Source of the DNA: Halichondria panicea
Taxonomy: Eukaryota
Reading direction: 5' to 3'
Assembly (NCBI RefSeq): GCF_963675165.1
Contig: NC_087384.1
Coordinates: 2,561,315-2,625,314 of the forward strand
Length of the DNA: 64,000 nt
The position numbers were made by a program, and so were the translations under genes. How positions within the stretch are numbered: the stretch's first letter is position 1; the number at the start of each line of letters is the position of its first letter. Positions 54,299-64,000 of the stretch are shown piece after piece. Below the pieces are notes generated by a model. The model was given only the letters and a program-made list of their open reading frames with translations, was not told the origin of the DNA and did no database searches.

Positions 54299-55806
54299 AT
54301 GCAGTTGACAGACCTCTCTTCGGACACAAGCCCCGAGTCTCACCGTCGCTATTCTTCAGCTTCCCTGTATGGCCACCCTGACAGTGTGGCGGAAAAGGCT
54401 CTCAACTCAACTCAAGACAAAATGGAGGGACAACCTTTGTCTCTCTCTCCAGTTGAAGAACCAATGTCCGTGGATAGAGAGAGCCTTCGGAAAAATGCAG
54501 TTCGAATTAGCTTGACTCGTCGAATACCTGTAAAAAAGGAAATGGAGAGGAAAGAATTGGAGAGTTTGGTCACTGCAGCTCACAATGACTTGGATAAGCT
54601 TATTCATTACACACTGGTACATTGATTGATACTGTGACCTGACAAATTTGGGCGCTATTGTTGACATGTGATTATGAACTCTATTGTAGTGGGTCTTAAT
54701 GTATGATTGTTTTGCTGCCCAATTAGTTGTTTTGCACCAGAAGAGTACGCAGTCTTTGATTTCAACACATACGTAGGTGACCTATATAGTGTAGCAAGGC
54801 CAAACTAGCACAACATTACTGCAAAGGTTGATTTGACATGATTTGACATGATTGTACTATTATGATAGTTAATAATTTTACAGATTGTTGTAGAGGAGAA
54901 TAATTCTCTCAAAGAGGTACTGAAGGATGCTGTGATTTTCAGTGAGGATGGAAACCTAGGAGATGTAAGGGGCATAATTATAGGAATGATTATTACTAAC
55001 ACCAAATCACTGCATGTGTATGCAGATTGTTGAATGCTGTACTGCTCAAATGCTGTACTGCTCAAACAACCGTGTGCATATACTTTACTGAACTTTTTTT
55101 CTTATAGTATTCTGAGATCCTAATCAGCAGGGATAAGGAGCTACCGATATTGAACAGCTTAAGTCACCAGCACTTTAGTACTAGACCGTTGCTTGCATCC
55201 TCTCACTCACAACCACAGCACTCTAATGAGGCAACAGTATCGCCTCAACCAGCAGTGTCGTCAGAGCACACGTACCAATCAGACCAAATGTTTGACCTAT
55301 CAATGGATACTAGTTCATTAAAATCTGAACCAACGCCTGTATTTTCAAGGAGCCTAAATGAGATCGAAGGAGAATTAAGTACTGGGAGTGAAATACGATT
55401 TAGCCCGTTTTCGCCACAAGCCACCATTGCTGAAAACTTCACTCATGCCGTTAGTAACCAGACAAATCTCGATATTGAAAATGTCATCAGGAGTCCTAGA
55501 GCTGAACTTTCAATCAGGAAACTACAGTTGCTGACGCAGTCTTGCAGAGAACACGGGAATAAGCACAACATTGGCGGGAGGTGTTCTACACGAGGAAAAC
55601 AGAAAAGTTCCAAGAAACCAAAACGTGCAAAGTCATTGCAAAAGGTGGCTGTTAACTACACAAGTAGTGAACTGGATGAGAGGGAAATAATGTTGAAGAA
55701 GCCAACATTTTTTACATCTGACATGCTAGCTGTGATAATGGAGAGAAATGAGCTTAAGGAGAAGGTTCACATGCTGGAGGAAAAGGTTGACGAGCTTGGG
55801 GAGTGA
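54299..55806 (+). CDS. Ser/Thr-rich coiled-coil protein of about 365 aa ending in an RH2-like Rab-binding motif. Exons: 54299..54616, 54884..54964 and 55108..55806. The last exon also has a consensus donor at 55802 that is frame-compatible with the downstream PX exon.
   Basis: Exon 1 encodes MQLTDLSSDTSPESHRRYSSASLYG...KEMERKELESLVTAAHNDLDKLIHYTL. Exon 2 encodes IVVEENNSLKEVLKDAVIFSEDGNLGD. Exon 3 encodes a Ser-rich region followed by KKPTFFTSDMLAVIMERNELKEKVHMLEEKVDELGE*. Compare the RILPL RH2 sequence RFTLQELRDVLHERNELKSKV. The splice phases are all 0. Confidence 0.6.
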
Positions 55807-55968
55807 GTATAGTAATATTAAGTCCGTTTTTTGTGAAATATCCCATGTTTAGCCATTAATTTTCTCTTCGCATTCAATTTTGGCATAGATTTAATTTCTA
55901 GCATAAATTGTTGAAGTACATTGTCCATACACGTTATTCTTTTGTGCAGAGAGTTAGCTCACACTCAG

Positions 55969-56886
55969 ATGAAGCTGGTTGATGAGTTGCAGGGCGAAAC
56001 TGAAGGTATTCAAAGAACAAACTTCTTTAGACGAAATACGAGAATAAAGTAAGGGAATTAGGTAGAATGCTTTGGCATTATTTTGTATACAATAATTATA
56101 TAGGAGCAAAAAATCTGAGAGTGAAATTTTCATCAGTGACGTGTTAGTGATTGGATACAAGAAGAAGGAGAGAGTGTTTGTAAGTATGGCTTGTATTGCC
56201 TAAGATTGTTATAACAAATGTACACTGTGGCAGGTGTATGTAATTCACACGACATGGTCTGATGGACAACGATTTGAGATCTACCGTCGCTATGGGGAGT
56301 TTTTCACCTATGATGACCGACTACTGCAGCTGTTTCAAACGGAAGGAAGCAAGATCGATAAAGTACTTCCCACTCTACCAAGTAAGTCACATCGATATAC
56401 TTGAAGAAATAAGCTACCCGTGCAGTACCAACACTAATGAAAGCACCGCAGGTGCTGATGCCTCGGTGGAGATGCCAAAGCTACATAACATAAAGCTACT
56501 AATAGCTTTCCACAATCATGCATGCAAACTCAATGACCGGCCATGATTGTTGTTAAAAACGATCGATGCCAAAAGTTCAAGTCTAAAATTAATGGCTGCT
56601 GTCTGCAGCGCAGAGCCTTGCAGCTCTCTTCTCACTCTTGCAGCTACCAATAGCTAGCGTTCTAGTGCAGAGCTAACTACTAAGTAGGGTAGCAACATTC
56701 GGTGAACAAGTTTGGCTACGTGCTTTTCTGAAAAGGCTGCAATGGCATTCCAAGTAAGCAAAACTAGGCATAACTCGAGAACGAAGCATTATTTTGCAAA
56801 TCCACGAATTAAACCCAAGTAAACATGGCTAGAAACCTATAGAAACTCTTACTTGCACTTGATTCATCCTTGAGCAGCTGTAGCAG

Positions 56887-56952
<66 letters not shown>

Positions 56953-59900
56953 ATCTGTATACCTCGCTTGCGCATGCACACTGAGGCATAATTATTACAA
57001 ATGCTATACAGTGTAGCACTCGTTATAATTTCATTTTCAGATATTGACAATGTGCTGAGTTTATTTGGTCGTACTAACAATGAACATGTTATCAAGCAAA
57101 GACTGGGGACTATCAATGACTACTGCCAGGTAAACAACTTGACTCCCTTCTCAACTGTAAATGGAAGTCCATTGCAAATGTGTACTCAGCATAGGGCCTT
57201 AACCTTATATTATTTCTATCACTATAATTAGTATACGTATTGTTTGCAGATTCTCCTTTGTGAATTGGATGTGATGATATCTAGAAACGATTTTGTTCTC
57301 AGTTTCTTTCGACCTCAACCAGGAGATAGACAGCTGCAAAAGTGTGTTTGTAAATTTTATAAATATACAGCTTTTACACATTTTCGTTTATACACAGCCT
57401 AGCCAAATCCAGAACTGAATCCGAGTTGGGTATGTCCATCATCTCTGTCTACCCTCAACAAGTTCCTGCAGGTACGAACACACATGTACATGTACTGCAG
57501 CCTTCTACTAGCGAGAAATACGATGAACACATGAAAACATTCAATTGTAATTGGTCGAGTGGATATCACGGTTTATTTTGTGTGATAATTGCAAAGGTGT
57601 ACACGTAGATTATTTAAAATGACCTCCCGTGTTCTTCTATACAGGCAGTACATTTGAAGAGTATGTCACACTGGCTGACTACAAACCAAAATCTGAGGGA
57701 GAGCTGTCAGTGAAGGCTGGGGAGGTGGTAAAGGTCATCAACAGAGAAGCTACTGGTAAGAAAAAACCAACTTTAATTGTGGAGCATACATTGACAAAAA
57801 TAATAGCGGCTCCTTTATACGATAGAGTGTATGACACTGTTGTCTCGATACTTACATCTTTGTAAAGGTTGGTGGATGGTCAGCCAGAGCCCGGAGTGTG
57901 AAGATGGAGAGGAGAGGGTAGGCTACATACCCGGGGACTTCCTCAAGAGATACGACCCAACTCAAAATGTAGACGAAGATTCAATAAAGAATTACCTTGG
58001 TTTCGTGTCTCCAGCTGCGCTTACTGATAGTGCTAGAGCAGACGTGGACTCCGCACTGAAGTATGTGGCTATTGAGGACTATACGTCTGACGATCCTCGC
58101 CAGCTGTGTTTCACTGAAGGGACACAAGTAATAGTCATTGAGAAGAGTGAAGATGGTAATTATACGTGTGTAAAATTGTGTAGGTTCTAAATTGTGTATG
58201 TTGAAAATTACTCGTACTGTAAGTAATTTTCATGCATTATTTTGTACTACGCATCTATGTAAAAATTATGCATGAGCATACTTTTAGGGAATACAATACA
58301 TTGACCAGCATGCAGTTCCTGCTGAACCTAAATTTAACTCAGTTGCTGTTGTCCAGCTATGGTCCTCCATTGCAGTTTACTTTGTTTGTACAGGATGGTG
58401 GTTAGTAGCAGCTGGTGGTCGACATGGCTGGGCTCCTGCATCGTACTTGGAGCCCATGGACAGAAGAATATATCCGGAGGGAGAGGGTAAGTTCTAGGAA
58501 GCACATCATTAAAGCTGCATCAGTTGCACAAAGAGGTCTTCCATATATATTGCATGTAATAATTATAGCCTCTGCCTCACACCATAAAAGTTTTCTAATT
58601 GAGAAGTCAAATCTATCACAAACAAATAGATAGATCTATATCATTAATTTTATACACTTGTACAGATTTGTTTGTCTCAATGAGAATAATGGACGTTGTC
58701 AGCGGAGAGAAATACGTGACTAAAGCTGCCTTCAAAGGAGAAATTGAAGAAGACATCTCTTTTCCCGAGAAGGCCACCATTGAAGTGATTGAGAAGTCCA
58801 TCAGTGGCTGGTGGATGGTCAGGTGATCAGTAAACTGCAAGGCTGTATAACAGAACACAATAATAAATGACTGATGTTGTCGTTTCAGTAACCACGTGCG
58901 GTCTTTAATTGTTTAACTTCCTCTATGCGTTACTGTCTGTTACAATGGTTACATCTGCAATTATCTCTTCGGAGGATGTCTTTGTTCAAAAATGAAAGTG
59001 TATCTTTTGTGCGTCAATGTTCATTTATGATTAATGCAGGCACAAGGGAAAGATTGGAATGGCTCCTGCTTCCATGCTAGCTCTCACAGAGTCACAACTC
59101 AATGTACCTGGAGAGTACAAATTTGCAATGACAGTGGTACGTAGCAATCAGTACCTTTCAATAGTACATGTACGTAAATACATTCCAGTAACAATTTATA
59201 ATGACACAGGATTTGGGACATGGCGTGTCTGGAATCATCCAACCTCCACCAAGAAGGTAAGAAGAATTTATGTATAATTGTAGAATGCCAAGCATGCCTT
59301 GTAAGTGGATGATTAACTGTAATGTCGTTGCTAGCGTAACTATTACATTACTCTTGATTTTGCAGCAAGAGGTTTCTCCTGCTGAGTCAGTCCCACCGTC
59401 GCCAACGATCCAACACTAACACGGACGAAAAGAATTTTGAAACGTTGTTTGAAGAAGGACACACACCCTGCAGTAGCTCGTCCAATTCAGATAATAGCGA
59501 TATTGAGACAAAGCATTCGTCGATGAGCAAACATGTGAGAAAGCATGTTATTACAAATGAAAAACGACGACGAAAATTCAAATCATTCTTGCATGTACGT
59601 CCTGATGACATCAAGTCAAAACGGTCGAGTTCCATGTCTCAGCAGGACAAAAGAGCAACTCTACCTGCATCCCTTATGCAGAGATCATGGGGAGCAAAGA
59701 AACTCGATTTTAAAGGAATGGAGGTGTTTATCGGAGAAAATTCTCCACTAGAAGCGAAAAAAGGCTCTTTTCCGAGCAAACCAAGATCTTTAAGCAATGA
59801 CGAACTGCTAATGGGCTCCTTAATGAACCGCGAGACGCAGGGTAAAGGTACCCCGTCAGATCAACCAGAAGATTTTCTTCATCACAATGATAAGCTACCA

Positions 59901-60281
59901 TTTGAGACTGAAGCTATCAGTAACCCAGAGTCAATCTGCGGCCTAGAAACCAAAATGAATGAAATTCAATGTACCAATGGATCCACTAAATGTGAGACTC
60001 AGCGAATGCTCCCTAAGCCTGTAGAGGAAAACACTCCATCAAAAATTGCTTTAAATGACCTCCCCCTAAGTAAAGACCTACATATTTCCCCTGCACAACA
60101 GCTAAACGTTCCCAGTGAGGCATCAATCGAAAGTACTAGTGGTGCGAAGACGAGTGAATCTATTAACATTATTGAGAACACAAAAACATTGTCATCCTTG
60201 CCAATGCCTGAAAGTGAAGAGGGGGAGCGAAGCGTTTCCACATCTGTAACCAATTGCAATGAGTCTAGTTCCGATCTATAA
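55969..60281 (+). CDS. SH3PXD2: SH3PXD2 (Tks4/Tks5)-like adaptor, copy 1. It has one PX domain, three SH3 domains and a Ser-rich tail of about 300 aa, about 755 aa in total. Thirteen exons: 55969..56048, 56104..56179, 56234..56381, 57041..57129, 57250..57341, 57398..57471, 57645..57755, 57868..58155, 58394..58486, 58666..58822, 59040..59136, 59210..59256, 59366..60281.
   Basis: The PX domain is IFISDVLVIGYKKKERVFVYVIHTTWSDGQRFEIYRRYGEFFTY...LPTLP...NEHVIKQRLGTINDYCQILLCELDVMISRNDFVLSFF. Compare Tks5 [38 protein letters not shown]...RIIPFLP...IDEYCRAL...DEVFRFF. SH3 domain 1 is FEEYVTLADYKPKSEGELSVKAGEVVKVINREATGGWWMV...GYIPGDFL. SH3 domain 2 is LKYVAIEDYTSDDPRQLCFTEGTQVIVIEKSEDGWWLVAAGGRHGWAPASYLE. 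SH3 domain 3 is KYVTKAAFKGEIEEDISFPEKATIEVIEKSISGWWMVRHKGKIGMAPASML. The exon lengths sum to 2268 nt and stay in frame. Confidence 0.87.
56438..56995 (+). mobile_element. MITE-like TIR element, family copy B, in Tks-like intron 3. It carries an internal (CA)n microsatellite.
   Basis: The start reads taatgaaagcaccgcaggtgctgatgcctcggtggagatgcc. The end reads cctcgcttgcgcatgcacactgaggcataattat. It is over 90 percent identical to copy A. Confidence 0.8.
56878..56943. repeat. (CA)n dinucleotide microsatellite of about 33 units
   Basis: acacacacac... uninterrupted for about 66 bp. The antisense spurious ORF 56829..57116 translates it as poly-CV. Confidence 0.95.
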
Positions 60282-60547
60282 CTGTTCTAGCTGTGCTGTG
60301 TGTTGTCTATGGTTTGTTTGTACTGAGTGTGTGGTAATGTTTACAAGCCAAAAATCAATTTATCTGCGGAAGTGGTCAAATACGCAAACCACAAAGCATG
60401 CCAAAGGGAATCTGTATATAAGAGCAATCATAACAGCAGCTAGACCTACTTAACTGTAAACTGTAAACATTCAAATACTTTATATAGGCTACTGCTGGCA
60501 GTTCCTTACTTATTCTGTAAATCAGTAGAATTGTTGTACGAGAGAGA

Positions 60548-63500
60548 ATGCCGTGGAAACGCTCCTCAAGGTCAGAGATAGTGCACATTGTGGTCACTGG
60601 CTACCAGAAGAAGAAATCTCCAAACAAATACTATGTGAGCAACTACAGCTGAGTTGTAATAATTATTAAACAGCTATAATTATAAGGCATAATGTACACT
60701 GAATCACCGGCCATAATTATCTAGACTTGTCAGTTACTCCGAACTAGCTGTTCAGTAGTTTATACTGCATGCATGCATGGATTTGATAATCAATCGACCA
60801 TTAGTATTAGACGACCTGTTTCCTTTTGCAGGTGTTTGTGATTGACATAACATGGAATAACTCCGAAAGATTCGAGGTTTATCGTCGCTACAGTGATTTT
60901 TTCTCTTTCCAGGTCAGTGACTACACACTGCATACATAATTGTACGTAATCACAGCACCATGACTGCATTTAGACAATAATACTGGCAGTTTTTCACCAT
61001 AAATTATTTAAAGACTTTTTGATACCCTACACTGTTACTGTTTGCTAACGTGTGCATCTTATGTGTTCACCTCATCCCACCTCTGCAGACGACACTCAAG
61101 GCTCTTTTCCCGGGTGCTGCTGGCAAGAAAACGGATACTAGGGTGATCCCCCAGTTACCAAGTGAGTCGGTATTGGTGATAGTGGCGATTAGACTAATTA
61201 AGGTTCCAACTACCAATGTTTGGGGATATACCAACATTGTTTCTTTCCCCTAGGTGATAGTTTGCTTAAAATTACTAGCTATGTACTCAGTCTATTTTGT
61301 AAAGCCAATGGATCAAGCAGTCCATACTTAAAGAGCAGCTGCTTATTCTACGTTGGTGGGAAACACCCGAATCATTATTACTGTATTTGCTGATGCCTCT
61401 TAATGGCATAATTAATTACATGGTGTACGTTGCCTTTTCTGAACTGCAACTTAAAGATGCATACTTACGTATTGAAACAATACACATGCAGTACTAAAAT
61501 TACATGCTGTTTATACTTACATGCTGCTTATACTTGCAGAGCGAATATTTGTCGGAAGGAGCCACGTTGCCAAGGTAGCAGAAGCAAGACTGGAACAAAT
61601 CAATAGATACTGTCAGGTATGGTATTCCCAATTGCTGCATTTGTCGTACTTCATGACATCACAGTATACCTGGTATAAGAACAGTGATAATTTATTACAA
61701 GTGAACTGTACGTAAAAATGGAGCGAATCGATTCATGAATGTGGCTTCACAAGATCGATTTGCTTGGCTTCTTTCAGAGATCATGCCAGCATTGTTGACA
61801 CACCATAGAAGGCTATGGGATGGTGGTGGTGTGTGGACATCTGGTTCATCACCCTCTGATGTCTATTGATTTGTGTTAGACCCAAGAATACATGTGTTGA
61901 TGATAATATCCAACTACTGAATAGGTTAAAATACGGTACTAATAATTATATTTATTTTCCCTTAGACTCTGATCAGTCTAGAGCCGTTGATCTCTGAGAG
62001 TGTCCATGTGATTGGTTTCTTTAGCCCACGAAGCACAGACAAACCACTTCCAAAGTAAGCATTGATTGATCCACTACAGTATTGCACATACTTTTAATGA
62101 CAGCTAAGTGCCATTTAATGCCGGCAACAGAATAAATAAGTGAAACCTTTTGTGTACACATAATTTTATGAAGTCATTTCTAGCTGATATACACACAAAA
62201 AAACCCACAGTGTTACTGTACACAGTTGGATGAGTAATTGTTCTCTTGGGCCCTCCCCTATCATGCACTCTTGACCTTACTGGAACCTGTCACATGCATA
62301 CTATACTCCCACCCTTTGCAGGCTTCATCTACACAGACCAGCCTCCATACATCCTCAGAAGATTCCGGCAGGTAACCTAAATAGGCCAGAACTACAATGA
62401 CATCGATAATATCTGTAGTCAGTCATCTAGAGCATTCTTTGCGTACACTTCACTATAATTATTGCTGTTATATGTACTGTACAGTATACCCGAGTTTTCC
62501 ATTATCATCACCACGGTCCATGCAGGTAGTCTATTTGAGGATTACTGTGCTCTGGCAGAATACCAGGCCGAGGACGAGTCTCAAATCTCTTTTAGTCCTG
62601 GGGAGAAGGTGCTAGTGTTGTCTAAAGATGATTCAGGTAAGTAACAGTTGTGTCTGGGGCATGGCCCTGTTTGGAGGCTAATTATTAGGTGTGTACAAAG
62701 AATTGGAACGTACTCTAAATTTGGGTTTGTATTAAGATTAATTTGCTACAAAATCATGGTATTTACACTACATTATTAGGTATGTAACTGGCATTTTTCC
62801 AAGGAAACGACTGTAGTGTGTGTGCTTCCCCCACACGTTGTGGTCAAATTTTAATCCTCCACACGTACATTGCATGCCCACAGCTGCCCCACCAAACCAC
62901 TTGTTTACTGTGCTATAGCTGCTGTGGCCAAATACAGCTGTTTAATTCTGGCAATCAGTTTGCCCAGTGTTGGCTAATGTCACTTTTTGTTTTAAGTATC
63001 ATGAAGTTCTTATTTGACTGTGCTCCAAATATAAGGAAGTAGTACCCCCACAAATTATTTTAGCTTTATGTTTTCCTCGATCAATAGCACTTCCTTCATT
63101 TCCCTCTCGAAGTATAATACCCTAATACCCTGCAAGTGATGTTCATGTCTTAATTGACTATAATTATATATAGTATGTGTACCGGTTCAGTGTGTAATGT
63201 ATACATAATGTATACATGTATGCATGTGCATGTCTCAATAATTATAGTCTACCGATTCAGTGTTTAATGTGCATGTCTCAATATAGTCTGCCGGGTCAGT
63301 TTGTAATGAATGTAACACTACAGGTTGGTGGATGTGCAGTGTGGACGGAGGTAAGGTGGGCTGGGCCCCTCCCTCCTACCTCAAGAAATGTGAGAAGAAC
63401 AGTGACGGAGATAGTGACACAGACGATGAATACATTGGATTTCCCGATTCCTGTAAGCCACCACCTGCATGCATGGTACACACATTCATGCACTATTAGT

Positions 63501-64000
63501 ATGTCTTCTCTGTTGTAAAACCATACTTGAGTGTGTATTACACATACACATGCTTTTAATCATTCTCTTATTTCCATTCCCACTCACCTCGTCACAACAT
63601 CACAGACGCTAAGGAGAAAGACTCTGATGACAGTGGTGTGGGGGACCACGAATCTACGCCCGATAGCTCGTTGATGCAAGGCTTTAAAGCCCCCGAGATA
63701 GATGCGGAGGCGTACAAGGCGATAGACTCGTACGAGGCTGAGGGTCCAGGTCAGGTGACCTTTGAGGCCGGCAGCACTGTGCATGTCCTGGATAAGATGG
63801 AGGATGGTGAGTGCATGCATAGTTATGGCTAGTTAATCCATCCGTAAAGGAGTGGCCAACTCTCATAGCATGTGTGTGATTATGTTATAGTTATGTTATA
63901 GTTATACTAGTTATACTAGTTATACTATGGTTCTAGGGATTTATGGCAAATAACTAACCACTAACCACTCTCTTCTCACAGTGCATGCATAGTTATGGCT
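60548..64000 (+). CDS. SH3PXD2: SH3PXD2 (Tks4/Tks5)-like adaptor, copy 2, a tandem paralog that is 3'-truncated by the window end. Resolved exons: 60548..60634, 60832..60912, 61089..61161, 61540..61616, about 61966..62054, about 62322..62369, 62526..62636, about 63324..63453, about 63606..63806, continuing beyond 64000.
   Basis: The N-terminus is MPWKRSSRSEIVHIVVTGYQKKKSPNKYY|VFVIDITWNNSERFEVYRRYSDFFSFQ|TTLKALFPGAAGKKTDTRVIPQLP|KRIFVGRSHVAKVAEARLEQINRYCQ, a PX domain closest to Tks4/5. The SH3 domains are SLFEDYCALAEYQAEDESQISFSPGEKVLVLSKDDSG|WWMCSVDGGKVGWAPPSYL and EAYKAIDSYEAEGPGQVTFEAGSTVHVLDKMEDG. The exon structure is parallel to copy 1. Confidence 0.85.

Noticed and set aside
55245-55442. 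Minus-strand ORF inside the Ser-rich exon of the RH2 gene
   Set aside because: It is an antisense shadow of a coding exon.
56829-57116. Minus-strand ORF containing a poly-(CV) run
   Set aside because: It is a translation of the (CA)33 microsatellite inside MITE copy B.
1-64000. Prokaryotic-style features such as CRISPR arrays, operons with RBS, or rho-independent terminators
   Set aside because: The sequence is clearly eukaryotic, with spliceosomal introns and metazoan gene families. No direct-repeat and spacer array is present. The only regular dinucleotide array is a (CA)n microsatellite.

Overview
This 64-kb window looks like gene-dense metazoan nuclear DNA. It has canonical GT-AG introns, is moderately AT-rich, and carries many MITE/SINE-like repeats. 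From similarity to well-known protein families (human sequences recalled from memory) I support 14 protein-coding genes, listed here in order. (1) A giant sacsin-like gene on the plus strand, about 4475 aa, with HATPase-like repeats, a J domain and a HEPN domain, encoded mostly by one 13-kb exon. (2) Cyclin C on the minus strand with only two exons. (3) An intronless gene for a large coiled-coil protein, possibly CEP120-like, on the minus strand. (4) MRPL18-like on the plus strand. (5) RILP-like 1 with RH1 and RH2 domains on the minus strand. (6) TMED2/p24 on the minus strand. (7) Notchless (NLE1), a 484-aa WD40 protein on the plus strand, in 12 exons spread over 12.7 kb. (8, 9) Two uncharacterised membrane-protein genes nested antisense inside NLE1 introns. 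(10) A third uncharacterised multi-pass membrane protein just downstream of NLE1. (11) NUDT9-like ADP-ribose pyrophosphatase on the minus strand. (12) A Ser-rich coiled-coil gene ending in an RH2-like motif on the plus strand. (13, 14) Two tandem SH3PXD2 (Tks4/5)-like PX plus multi-SH3 adaptor genes on the plus strand, the second running past the window end. There is no rRNA or tRNA gene and no CRISPR array; the only rRNA-like sequence is a degenerate 18S fragment in an intron. Exon coordinates were anchored on the supplied ORF track where possible. Others were read by eye and may be off by a few nucleotides. The most unusual signals are listed next. First, a novel antisense-nested gene encodes a protein with a death-fold-like N-terminus, an acidic Ser/Asp tract and glycine-zipper transmembrane helices. 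Second, same-strand genes are spaced extremely tightly (150 to 270 bp from stop codon to the next ATG), with AG acceptor motifs just upstream of several start codons, which suggests operon-like organisation with spliced-leader trans-splicing. Third, there is a possible in-frame join of an RH2 coiled-coil exon to the Tks-like PX-SH3 gene. Fourth, a MITE family of about 550 bp is present in four copies, in the MRPL18, NLE1 and Tks-like introns and at the NUDT9 3' end. Fifth, the genes are intron-poor; cyclin C has one intron where human has eleven.
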